DNA of 64,000 nt from Candidatus Krumholzibacteriia bacterium (GCA_963836185.1 CAWIIQ010000001.1:864001-928000), one strand, 5' to 3'. Shown: positions 52,767 to 61,443, counted from the stretch's first letter. The notes: generated by a model not told the origin, from the sequence alone. Made by a program: numbers and translations.

Positions 52767-54134
52767 TCATTCCGTTTCAGTGATGCGGATCGCCGTGATC
52801 TTCCTGCTCGCGCCCGTGATCCGTGTTCTCTCTGCGGTTACAAGGTCGGGGACCCAGATGATCCCGCCTCTGTCCTCGAAGACGGGGATGGCACCGCGGC
52901 TGCGAAGGGGGATCTTCGCGTCGATCATGATGTCGCTGAGCTTTTTTGTCCCTTTCATGCCGAACGGGATGAGCCTGTCGCCATCCTGTCTCGGCCTGAC
53001 CCGTACGGGAAATGAAACGCCGGCCAGCGCCGCGCTCTTTCCTGACGACTGGTACGGAGGCCTGTCCTGCCTCGCGGCCGTATTCACCGAGACCGTCATC
53101 TGCCAGCCCGGCAGTTCGAAATCTCCGTCGCCGGGAAGAAGGATGCCGTCCGGCGGGAGTATGGGGCCGCGGCCCTCGATGGATCGTTCGAAACGGACCG
53201 TGCCGTGCTCGATGGTCACCTCGATCCCATGGGGGAGGGAAGTCCTCTTGCCCGACCGTCCCGACCTGATCAGACTGGCTACAGCTTCGTAGTGCGTCCT
53301 GCCGATGTCACGATATACTCCGAGCCTTTCCCTGAGGATCGCGTCGACTAGAAGATATAGCCTGTAGTCGGAGAGATCGCCGGCCATGCGTGTATCGAGT
53401 GTGACGCTTCCATCATCGGCCGTGACCGGCAGTATCCTGCCGATCCCCTCGCTGAGGGCGGCGAGTCCATCGCGCGCGCTGCCCGCGAGCCTGATGACAG
53501 CATCGTCCACGGCAGGATTGAAGTCTCTTCTCAGCGCCGGCAGCAGACTGTGCCTGATCCTGTTACGGAGAAAGGTGATGTCTCTGTTTGAAGGGTCGAC
53601 GGCGTAGCCGATGCCGCGAGCCCTGCAGTGCTCCTTCAGCTCCCTGCCCGTGCAGCACATCACCGGCCTGATAAACGTTCCCCGCCGCACCGGCATCCCG
53701 GCGAGACCGCGGATCCCGGTCCCCCTGATGAGATGGTGCAGCACCGTTTCGACCTGGTCGTCGCTGTTGTGTCCCAGCGCGACGATGCCGAACTTCTCGA
53801 GAAATCCGTATCTTGCTTCCCTGGCCGCTTCTTCCAGCCCGATCCTGCCCTTTTTCGCCAGGGCCGGGACGTTCGCCTCTCCGGTAAACAGGGGTATTCC
53901 AAGGCGCCCGCACCATCTTTCGACGATACGCCGCTCCCGCTGCGTCCCTTTCCTGATCTGATGGTCGAGGTATGCGGCAGACAGGGTATATCCCATACCG
54001 GAGGAGAGACCGTGAAGGATCGAGAGCATCGCCATCGAATCAGGCCCGCCCGAGACCGCGGCCGTGACCCTGTCGCCGCGGTTTATGAGCCCGTTTTCGA
54101 TGATCCAGTCTCTGACACTGTCTGTGCAGTCCAT
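52767..54134 (-). CDS. tilS: tRNA(Ile)-lysidine synthetase
   Basis: SGGPDS PP-loop, H..DDQVET and D.SN..RNRIR; tilS-hpt-ftsH synteny. Confidence 0.95.
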   Translation of the reverse strand: MDCTDSVRDWIIENGLINRGDRVTAAVSGGPDSMAMLSILHGLSSGMGYTLSAAYLDHQIRKGTQRERRIVERWCGRLGIPLFTGEANVPALAKKGRIGLEEAAREARYGFLEKFGIVALGHNSDDQVETVLHHLIRGTGIRGLAGMPVRRGTFIRPVMCCTGRELKEHCRARGIGYAVDPSNRDITFLRNRIRHSLLPALRRDFNPAVDDAVIRLAGSARDGLAALSEGIGRILPVTADDGSVTLDTRMAGDLSDYRLYLLVDAILRERLGVYRDIGRTHYEAVASLIRSGRSGKRTSLPHGIEVTIEHGTVRFERSIEGRGPILPPDGILLPGDGDFELPGWQMTVSVNTAARQDRPPYQSSGKSAALAGVSFPVRVRPRQDGDRLIPFGMKGTKKLSDIMIDAKIPLRSRGAIPVFEDRGGIIWVPDLVTAERTRITGASRKITAIRITETE

Positions 54135-54168
54135 GGGATTTCCGCTGATGATAGATTCCGGATAGAAC

Positions 54169-54245
54169 TGGTGGCGGTGCAGGGACTTGAACCCCGGACA
54201 CGCGGATTATGATTCCGCTGCTCTAACCAACTGAGCTACACCGCC
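54169..54245 (-). tRNA. tRNA-Met (CAT), probably elongator
   Basis: GGCGGTGTAGCTCAGTTGGTTAGAGCAGCGGAAT-CAT-AATCCGCG..GTTCAAGTCC..CACCGCCACCA. Confidence 0.95.
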
Positions 54246-54257
54246 ACGCACCAGTGA

Positions 54258-54285
54258 ATAGTATAAAAAAGTACCGCCATGTCAA
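54258..54285 (-). promoter_or_regulatory. Sigma70 promoter for the tRNA-Met-tilS unit
   Basis: Minus strand TTGACA-16 nt-TACTAT. Confidence 0.5.
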
Positions 54286-54429
54286 GCGAAAAGCAGAGAG
54301 ATGACGGCGAAACATGCTGAAATACTGGCAGTTCCGGGATTGCGGAACCTGCTGCTCAACCCTTATATTACTTGCCCGGCCGATGCCCGTTTGCTATAGA
54401 TACTTCGTGCAACCGGAAGGAAAACGGAA

Positions 54430-55440
54430 GTGAAGGTGCTGACCGAAAAGGATGTTCCCCAGGGGACTCTCGATAACCGCAGGATCATCATTCTCGGCTA
54501 TGGTAACCAGGGCAGGCCGCAGGCGCTCAACCTGCGCGACAGCGGGGCGGATGTCGCCGTCGCGGCGAGGCCCGGCGGTACGGCCTGGAAAACGGCCGTG
54601 GAGGACGGATTCGAGGTAATGGAGGTCAGCAAGGGTGTGGCACAGGCGGATATCCTGATGTGCCTTCTCCCCGACGAGGTGCAGGGAGATGTATATATAG
54701 AGGATATAGCGCCCGCACTGTCCGAAGGTTCGGCCATCTGTTTCGCGCACGGCTTTGCCGTCACGTTCGGGCAGATAGCCCCGGGCAGTTTCGATCTTGT
54801 ACTTGTAGCGCCCAAGGGGCAGGGGAAAGCCCTGCGTTCGGCATATCTCGAAGGGTCCGGGCTGCCGTGTCTTTTTGCTGTCGAGCATGATCATTCGGGC
54901 AGCGCCCGTGAAATCGCCCTCGGCCTCGCAAAGGGGCTCGGCTGCCTGAGAGTAGGCGCCTTCGAGACGACTTTCCGCGAGGAAGCGCTCAGCGATCTGT
55001 TCGGCGAGCAGGCGATCCTTGTAGGCGGGGTGCCGGCGCTGATCAAGGAGGCCTTCGACATCCTTGTCGAAAAGGGTTTCAGCCCTGAGGTCGCCTACTT
55101 CGAGTGCATGCACGAATTGAAGATCATAGTAGACCTCTTTACAGTGCACGGCATAGCGGGGATGAGAGAAGTAATCAGCGGGACAGCCGCTTACGGGGGC
55201 CTGAAGTACGGCGAGAAACTGGTCACGAAAGAGACCGCCGCCGAGATGCGAAGGATGTTCGACAGGATAGAGAGTGGAGAGTTTGCCCGTGTGTGGCTGG
55301 AGGAGACAGCCGGAGGGAAAAAGGAACTTTCCGATATGATCGAAAAGGAAAAGGACCTTGATATAGAGAAGGCCGGCAGCGAAGTAAGGAAGCTCTTCGC
55401 CCGGCGGTTGAACGACAAGAAAGACGGAGGCTCGAGATGA
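54430..55440 (+). CDS. ilvC: Ketol-acid reductoisomerase
   Basis: GYGNQG..QALNLRDSG, PDE, FAHGF, DLFGEQ and AYFECMHELK. Confidence 0.95.
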   Translation: MKVLTEKDVPQGTLDNRRIIILGYGNQGRPQALNLRDSGADVAVAARPGGTAWKTAVEDGFEVMEVSKGVAQADILMCLLPDEVQGDVYIEDIAPALSEGSAICFAHGFAVTFGQIAPGSFDLVLVAPKGQGKALRSAYLEGSGLPCLFAVEHDHSGSAREIALGLAKGLGCLRVGAFETTFREEALSDLFGEQAILVGGVPALIKEAFDILVEKGFSPEVAYFECMHELKIIVDLFTVHGIAGMREVISGTAAYGGLKYGEKLVTKETAAEMRRMFDRIESGEFARVWLEETAGGKKELSDMIEKEKDLDIEKAGSEVRKLFARRLNDKKDGGSR

Positions 55441-56390
55441 GACTCGTATGGAGAACGACAGCTGTCATATCTCTCGTAGCGGCAATGGCCCTGGCGGCAG
55501 GCTGCGGAGGTGAGAAGAAGCAGGATTCAGCGATGGATGACGAGAGTTTCAGGGTGCCTGATTCCCTTCTCTCGCCGATCGAGGCGTACAACCTCGTCAT
55601 CGATGAATATCACCCGGTCGATGGCGGCCGGATGGCCAACGCCGATCTGGAGGTGCAGTACCCTTCGCAGGAGGTAGCCCGGTTCATAGCTGTCAGGACT
55701 TTCGGAGAGATCCTGGACGGGTACAGGGAGGTAGCAACGAGCATAGGCCGGCCAGCCGTCGGCAGGGTCGTCATAATCGGTGCGAAGGACCTCCCCGAAT
55801 ATGCTGTCATAACCCGCAAGGAATGGTGGTACTACGCCTGGATCAAGGGAGATACGATTTACAGCGAGCCGTTCAACATAATGCTCAAGCGCTTCGATCC
55901 GGTCACTGAGAAGTCGATCGCGCGGATAGGATTGACACAGAGGATGGCGCAGATGGCGCTCGAAGGGATCTCCGGGGGGAAGGTCCCAGTATGGATGAAG
56001 GAGGCCGCCGCTTCCTACGTGGCGGACGAGCGTCCCATACTGCGTATGCAGGTGCATCAGTTCGCATCCGCACTGGAGGTCTTTGCTCCTACCATCGATG
56101 AGCTGGAGATGTACATCCAGTCGGGAGATGACATGGAGATGTCGAGGCTCTCTTACTTCTATGCTTACAGGATGCTCGAGATCCTGCTGGAGAAGTACGA
56201 ATTCTCGAATGTGACAGGGTTTGCCCGCCGTCTCGGCGAAGGTGCCTCTCTCGACGAGGCCGCCAGGCAGGAATTCGGGATGAGTTACGGAGAACTTTTA
56301 TCAGCCGTGATGCCGTCCAATATGATGGATGGAGCCGGCCCGCTGCCTGAGCCGGTTAGGAAGGACGGTACGCACGACCATGACCACTGA
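55437..56390 (+). CDS. Lipoprotein with peptidase MA-like fold lacking HExxH
   Basis: LAAGC lipobox; PVWMKEAAASY motif; His-rich C-terminus. Confidence 0.65.
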   Translation: MRLVWRTTAVISLVAAMALAAGCGGEKKQDSAMDDESFRVPDSLLSPIEAYNLVIDEYHPVDGGRMANADLEVQYPSQEVARFIAVRTFGEILDGYREVATSIGRPAVGRVVIIGAKDLPEYAVITRKEWWYYAWIKGDTIYSEPFNIMLKRFDPVTEKSIARIGLTQRMAQMALEGISGGKVPVWMKEAAASYVADERPILRMQVHQFASALEVFAPTIDELEMYIQSGDDMEMSRLSYFYAYRMLEILLEKYEFSNVTGFARRLGEGASLDEAARQEFGMSYGELLSAVMPSNMMDGAGPLPEPVRKDGTHDHDH

Positions 56391-57939
56391 CAGCAGTGAA
56401 AACACCATCAGGGTGAGGTTCGCTCCGAGCCCGACCGGCCATCTTCATGTCGGCGGGGCGAGGACGGCTCTTTACAACTGGCTGTACGCGAGAAAGACGG
56501 GCGGTGTCTTCGTACTCAGGATAGAGGATACGGACGCCCAGCGTTCGACACGCGAGTCGTATGAAGGGATACTCAGGGGGATGCGATGGCTCGGCCTCGA
56601 CTGGGACGAAGGGCCCGACGTCGGCGGCGATTACGGGCCGTACGTGCAGTCGGCCAGGGGCGTGCTGTACCACACCGACGCGGCCAGGCTGATAGACGGG
56701 GGCAAGGCATATCACTGCTTCTGCACTCCGGAGAGGCTCGAGGATCTCAAGCTCGAGCAGAAGGAGAAGAAGCTCCCCATAAAGTATGACGGGTTCTGCC
56801 GTTCGCTGTCTGTCGAGGATGCGGATGAGAAGATCAAGGCTGGTGAACCGCACGTTCTGCGCTTCAGGATGCCCGTAGAGGGCGAGGCGAGGTTCAGGGA
56901 TATAGTAAGGGGCGATTTCAGTACCCCCAATACCGAGCTCGATGATTTCGTGCTTATCAAGTCCGACGGGCTTCCAACCTACAATTTCGCCGTCGTCGTC
57001 GATGACGCGAGGATGAAGATAAGCCATGTGATCAGGGGAGACGATCACATCTCCAATACGCCCCGGCAGGTCCATATCTACCTCGCGCTGGGTTACAAGG
57101 TGCCGAAGTTCGCCCACCTGCCCATGATACTTGGGGGAGACAGGACGAGGCTGAGCAAGAGGCACGGAGCGGTATCTGTCGACTGGTACGCCGACCAGCA
57201 GTATCTGCCGGATGCGATGGTAAACTATCTGGCCCTGCTCGGATGGTCATTCGATGACCGCCAGGAGCTCTTCTCCCGAAAGGCCCTGACGGAGAAGTTT
57301 TCGCTCAAGAAGGTGTCGAAGAATCCGGCGATGTTCGACAACGACAAGATGGAATATATCAACGCTGAGCATTTCAAGAAGATGTCGCCGGCGCAGAAGG
57401 TCATGCATGTCTATCATGTCCTGAAGGACGAGGGATATATCCCGGGTGATTTTCATGTCGACCTGGAGAAACCGGTCGACCTGAAGCTCGTTCCCGGCAC
57501 CGAGCCGCTGACCGGTAACGGCGAAAAGACGGAGAGGGACGAACTGGGACGTCTCTTTCTCATAGTCTCCGCGCTGGGGAACAGGCTGAAACTCCTCAAG
57601 GACGCCCCGGGCCACATAGGGTATTTCTACAAGGACGACTACGAGGTTGATGGGAACGCCGTCGAGACGCATCTCGCGCGCAAGGAGGTGCCCGAGCGCC
57701 TTGAGAGACTTGCCGACGCTCTCGGCAAGCTGAATTATTTTGACAAGGAGAGAGTGGAGGAGGCTGTCAGGACCCTGGCCGACGAGATGGGGATCGAGGC
57801 GGGAGAGCTGATCCATCCGAGCAGGGTCGCCCTTACCGGCGGCACCGTTTCTCCCGATATTTTCCAGGTCATAGTCCTTCTCGGTAAGGGAAAGACGGTC
57901 GAGCGACTCAGAAAAGGCGCCGGAATTGCGAAACGTTGA
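56380..57939 (+). CDS. gltX: Glutamate--tRNA ligase
   Basis: RFAPSPTG.LHVGG, RIEDTD, IRGDDH and RLSKRH. Confidence 0.96.
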   Translation: MTTDSSENTIRVRFAPSPTGHLHVGGARTALYNWLYARKTGGVFVLRIEDTDAQRSTRESYEGILRGMRWLGLDWDEGPDVGGDYGPYVQSARGVLYHTDAARLIDGGKAYHCFCTPERLEDLKLEQKEKKLPIKYDGFCRSLSVEDADEKIKAGEPHVLRFRMPVEGEARFRDIVRGDFSTPNTELDDFVLIKSDGLPTYNFAVVVDDARMKISHVIRGDDHISNTPRQVHIYLALGYKVPKFAHLPMILGGDRTRLSKRHGAVSVDWYADQQYLPDAMVNYLALLGWSFDDRQELFSRKALTEKFSLKKVSKNPAMFDNDKMEYINAEHFKKMSPAQKVMHVYHVLKDEGYIPGDFHVDLEKPVDLKLVPGTEPLTGNGEKTERDELGRLFLIVSALGNRLKLLKDAPGHIGYFYKDDYEVDGNAVETHLARKEVPERLERLADALGKLNYFDKERVEEAVRTLADEMGIEAGELIHPSRVALTGGTVSPDIFQVIVLLGKGKTVERLRKGAGIAKR

Positions 57940-58000
57940 TTTTTTTTGACAAAGGATATTGCGCAGGCGCAACAAATATTGTAACTTGTCTTGTACTTTC

Positions 58001-58074
58001 TGGAGAGTCGTCCAACGGTAGGACAGCTGACTCTGGATCAGCCGATGGGGGTTCGAGTCCTCCCTCTCCAGCCA
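58001..58074 (+). tRNA. tRNA-Gln (CTG)
   Basis: TGGAGAG/CTCTCCA acceptor stem, GCTGA-CT-CTG-GA-TCAGC anticodon arm, GTTCGAG, CCA end. Confidence 0.95.
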
Positions 58075-58085
58075 TTTTTTATCAA

Positions 58086-58160
58086 GGCCCCTTAGTCTAG
58101 TGGTCAGGACGCATGGTTCTCAGCCATGAATCAGGGGTTCGACTCCCCTAGGGGCTACCA
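58086..58160 (+). tRNA. tRNA-Glu (CTC)
   Basis: GGCCCCT/AGGGGCT acceptor stem, CATGG-TT-CTC-AG-CCATG anticodon arm, GTTCGAC, CCA end. Confidence 0.95.
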
Positions 58161-58165
58161 GATAG

Positions 58166-58201
58166 AAGAACCGGCCGCCGTAATGGCAGCCGGTTCTTTT
58201 T
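58166..58201. terminator. Probable bidirectional intrinsic terminator
   Basis: AAGAACCGGC.GCC-GTAAT-GGC.GCCGGTTCTT-TTT between convergent transcription units. Confidence 0.75.
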
Positions 58202-58219
58202 CTGTCAGCAAGTCCCTCA

Positions 58220-58236
58220 AGCGGCGGACCGCCGCT
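58220..58236 (-). promoter_or_regulatory. Candidate bacterial SECIS for the FmdB-family gene
   Basis: AGCGGC-GGTCC-GCCGCT hairpin starting 15 nt after the in-frame TGA at 58252-58254. Confidence 0.5.
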
Positions 58237-58425
58237 CTATCTGAAGGGGTTTCAGCCGAAACCACCCGACGGGGCGCATCCCGAAGCGGAGCTGGCGAAG
58301 ATAGAGAATTCCCTCTCTACGTCGTCGCTTTCGCAGTCGGGGCAGGAGACTCTCTCCGTGGAGTTCATCACGAGCTCCTCGAAGCGCTTCCCGCACGTCT
58401 CGCATCTGTATTCGTACAGCGGCAT
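58237..58425 (-). CDS. FmdB-family zinc-ribbon protein; candidate selenoprotein (57 aa to TGA 58252, 62 aa to TAG 58237)
   Basis: Hand translation MPLYEYRCETCGKRFE..CPDC..GCAPSGGFG-[TGA]-NPFR-TAG; GGAG RBS; absent from the ORF track. Confidence 0.85.
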
Positions 58426-58593
58426 CTATTCTCCTTCGGTTTTCTTTTCTTCCTTCTTTTCTTTATCTTCATACCGGTCCCCGGTATCGCACGTTCCGCT
58501 CATTCAGGTGGGAACGCCCATGCGGGGCAGCACTATCCTCATTATCACGATCCATATCGCAAGAAACAATAAAAGCTGCAGGATCTCACCCAT
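58426..58593 (-). CDS. Small single-TM membrane protein; candidate selenoprotein (UxxxxC)
   Basis: Hand translation MGEILQLLLFLAIWIVIMRIVLPRMGVPT-[TGA]-MSGTCDTGDRYEDKEKKEEKKTEGE-TAG; the readthrough frame ends directly before the next ATG. Confidence 0.75.
58471..58487 (-). promoter_or_regulatory. Candidate bacterial SECIS for the small membrane protein
   Basis: ATACCG-GGGAC-CGGTAT hairpin starting 16 nt after the in-frame TGA at 58504-58506. Confidence 0.6.
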
Positions 58594-58596
58594 TCA

Positions 58597-58983
58597 CTAC
58601 ACTCCCTCTATTACATCGGCCAGCTTGTCGCGGACAATCGCTCCGACCCCCGCGAGGGCCTCGTTTCCTACCACGCTCATCGCGGACATCGGATCTATAG
58701 CGGATACCTCGACGCTTCCATCGTCGGTCTCGCGGACGATGACGTTGCATGGAAGCATAAGGCCCACTCTGTCCTCGGCCTTGAGCGTCTCGTACGCGAG
58801 CGGAGGATTACAGGCTCCGAGTATCCTGTACTGCGTAAACTCGACATCGAGCTTTTTCTTGAGCACCGCTTTGACATCTATGTCGGTCAGTACGCCGAAT
58901 CCCTGCTTCCCGAGCTCCTCGATAGTCTTCGAGACCGCTTCGTCAAAACCCAGTCCGACTCTCTTCGATATATGATAACTCAT
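58597..58983 (-). CDS. DUF302 domain protein
   Basis: GFGVLTDIDV..KKKL..YRILGACNP..GLMLPCNVIV. Confidence 0.9.
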   Translation of the reverse strand: MSYHISKRVGLGFDEAVSKTIEELGKQGFGVLTDIDVKAVLKKKLDVEFTQYRILGACNPPLAYETLKAEDRVGLMLPCNVIVRETDDGSVEVSAIDPMSAMSVVGNEALAGVGAIVRDKLADVIEGV

Positions 58984-59396
58984 TCCGTGTCGCCTCCGGC
59001 CAGCGGCTGATCGGCAGGGGATATACCGGGATCCCCCGCCGGTCGCCGTGGATAAAAACTGCGCAGCGCGTCCAGTCGATCTGTTGCTGTGTCTTCGATC
59101 GATCTGCAGACCATTCGGCAGATATCCTCAGGAAGGGTGCTGGTAAGGCTGTAGAAGATCTTCCTGTGGTCCCGCCGGGTACTGACCAGCTCGTGCCGTC
59201 GCAGTATACTCAGATGTTTCGAAACGCAGGCCTGGCCGTATCCTGTCTCATCGACGATGCAGGAGACGTTTTTTTCTCCGCCGCACAGGCAATGGATTAT
59301 GGCGAGCCTCGCCGGGTCCGACATAGCCCTGAGCCTGCCTGCAATCGCGTCGAAAGTGCCGTTATCGTTTTTCGCGGCCAAGTCTGCTCCTTTCAT
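58980..59396 (-). CDS. ArsR/SmtB family transcriptional regulator (Cys-rich)
   Basis: AMSDPARLAII, VSKHLSILR and IFYSL; true start may be TTG 59381 after AGGAG. Confidence 0.9.
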   Translation of the reverse strand: MKGADLAAKNDNGTFDAIAGRLRAMSDPARLAIIHCLCGGEKNVSCIVDETGYGQACVSKHLSILRRHELVSTRRDHRKIFYSLTSTLPEDICRMVCRSIEDTATDRLDALRSFYPRRPAGDPGISPADQPLAGGDTE

Positions 59397-59451
59397 ATTC
59401 TCATATATTAATATAACAATATGAAAGGTATGTCAAGGAGTTATTTCAGGG

Positions 59452-60783
59452 TCAGATCCGGATCTTTTTCCAGCCGCCCTCGCGGAACTTCCATGCCATC
59501 ATCAGCGAGAAGACTATCATGTAGAGGTAGAGGCCGATCCAGGCAATCGTCATGTTCCCGCCGTAGTGCTCGACCGCCAGCCAGGAGAAGGGGATCATCA
59601 CCATCCATATGCAGACCATCTCGCAGATCATCACGTACATGGTGCTGCCGGCCCCCTGGAGGGTGCGCGAGAGGACGATCCCGACTCCGTCGATGAGCTG
59701 GAAGGCTCCGAGCAGCCTGAACGATGTGACTCCGAGTTCTATCGTACCCGGGGAATCCGAGAAGATACCCATGATCTGACGCGGGAAGAACATGAAGAGG
59801 GTGCCTGTTATTCCCATCAGCACCGAGCCGATAAGGGCCGATCTCCATCCGTAACGTGACGCGAGTCTCTCGTTTCCCTCGCCGAGACTCCTGCCGACCA
59901 GTGTCGCGGAGGCGACCCCGACCGCCATCCCTATCATGAACGAGAGGTTAAAGGCCTTGAATATGATATTGCTGATCGCCAGCTCCTTTACTCCGATCCT
60001 TCCGATGAAACTCAGGAAGACGAGGAACCCGACGATCGATACGCTCTGCGCCGCCCTCGGCGCCGATATGCGGACTATCGTGCGTACGATCTCAGAAGAG
60101 AGCAGGCCTGCCGCGCGGCGGACTGTTCCGCGGAGGATCAGCCGGTGGACGAGGATGAGGTAGAGGGCCAGGCCGATCACGGTAGAGATCACTGATGCAA
60201 GCGCCGCTCCCCGGACTTCCAGCCGGGGGAACCCGAGCTTGCCGAATATCAGGACCCAGTTAAGCAGTATGTTGAGCAGGTTGATGACTATCGATACGGT
60301 CATATCGATCCTCACCCGCGCGACTCCGAATACGAATCCCCTCAATGTGAATATCATGACCATCGTAAAGAGGCCGAGGAGCCTGATCTCGAGGTAAGGG
60401 ATCCCCGCGGCGACGACTTCCGCGTCGCGGGACAAAGCCGAGAATATGCGCGGCGCGAGGAAAAATCCCGCCGCTGACGCGGCGAGTCCCACGACAAGGG
60501 CGAGCAGGAGAGAATTCGCCACGATCCGGGGAAACTCCCCGGGACGGTTTTCACCGAGGCGCCTGGAGGTCAGCGCCTGCGTACCGATGTTGAGGGCCCC
60601 GAATACAAGCACCGCGACGAGTATGAAGAAAGAGCCGAGCCCCACCGATGCCAGCGCGACGTCACCCAGTCTTCCGACCATGGCCGTGTCGACGATGTTC
60701 AGAGTAGTGTGGGAGATCATGCCCGCTACGATGGGCAGGGCCAGCCGCACTATTTCCCTGTTCATATCGGATCCGGTCTTCAT
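59452..60783 (-). CDS. MATE family efflux transporter
   Basis: LALP..DTAMVGRLG, NILLNWVLIFG..GAALAS; about 12 TM segments. Confidence 0.92.
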   Translation of the reverse strand: MKTGSDMNREIVRLALPIVAGMISHTTLNIVDTAMVGRLGDVALASVGLGSFFILVAVLVFGALNIGTQALTSRRLGENRPGEFPRIVANSLLLALVVGLAASAAGFFLAPRIFSALSRDAEVVAAGIPYLEIRLLGLFTMVMIFTLRGFVFGVARVRIDMTVSIVINLLNILLNWVLIFGKLGFPRLEVRGAALASVISTVIGLALYLILVHRLILRGTVRRAAGLLSSEIVRTIVRISAPRAAQSVSIVGFLVFLSFIGRIGVKELAISNIIFKAFNLSFMIGMAVGVASATLVGRSLGEGNERLASRYGWRSALIGSVLMGITGTLFMFFPRQIMGIFSDSPGTIELGVTSFRLLGAFQLIDGVGIVLSRTLQGAGSTMYVMICEMVCIWMVMIPFSWLAVEHYGGNMTIAWIGLYLYMIVFSLMMAWKFREGGWKKIRI

Positions 60784-60876
60784 GCATGCCTTTACGGTTC
60801 GGGACTGCTGCGGACATCAGGAACGACGAATATAGTCTAATAGTCGAAAGTGTTCAATGGAGAAGGGGGAGCAGCG

Positions 60877-61404
60877 TCATCTGTGGATAGTCTTGATCCC
60901 GCCCCAGGTGCTCTGTTCGGTCGAGGTAAGTACGGGAAGCGTGATGGAGTAGACCCACAACTCTCCCGCGGTACTGGTAGTAAGCCTTGCCTTGTACACG
61001 GGGCCGTACAGCCCGAGGATGTCTCCGCCGAGTGAGAGGATGTTGCAGCTGCAGCTTCCGAATCCGGCGCCGGTGAAATCGAAGGGGATCACCTGCTGCT
61101 CGCTGGTCAGTATGTTCGTCACGGTCAACTCGAGATGGTACTGCACGCTGTCTTCGCCCCTGGTGGCCATCCGGATCTCGTAGGTGCCGTAAGATTGTGG
61201 AGAGATATCGTACTCGACCCATTCGCCGGGGAAATCGAGGCCTGTCATCCATCCGATAAGGTTGGAGCCTACCGGATCGCCAGCTATGTCGAGGCTGTCG
61301 GTGTATTCGCTGGCGTATAGGAGGATATCCTGCGACGATGCCGCCTGCGGAAATACCAGCGACAACGTGCTAAGGGTGATGATTGCAGCGACCCTGAACT
61401 TCAT
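60877..61404 (-). CDS. Secreted protein (CBM6-like beta-sandwich) with C-terminal STWGGIK motif
   Basis: Signal peptide MKFRVAA..; GEWVEY; ends TSTEQSTWGGIKTIHR; GGAG RBS. Confidence 0.7.
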   Translation of the reverse strand: MKFRVAAIITLSTLSLVFPQAASSQDILLYASEYTDSLDIAGDPVGSNLIGWMTGLDFPGEWVEYDISPQSYGTYEIRMATRGEDSVQYHLELTVTNILTSEQQVIPFDFTGAGFGSCSCNILSLGGDILGLYGPVYKARLTTSTAGELWVYSITLPVLTSTEQSTWGGIKTIHR

Positions 61405-61443
61405 CTGATGGTCTCCATATAAGAAAAACTTACTTGAATTGTA

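Noticed and set aside
54169-54245. tRNA-Ile2 (lysidine substrate) because it is next to tilS
   Set aside because: Acceptor stem GGCGGTG lacks the C4/C5 pattern typical of tRNA-Ile2 and resembles elongator tRNA-Met; the paired G1-C72 argues against an initiator tRNA
58126-58975. Track ORFs 58126-58572 (+), 58358-58975 (+) and 58217-58405 (-)
   Set aside because: They overlap a tRNA, the terminator or DUF302, or are in the wrong frame; the supported genes are the minus-strand FmdB and small membrane ORFs
58001-59440. Genomic island integrated at the tRNA 3' end
   Set aside because: No integrase and no duplicated tRNA 3' end seen in the window
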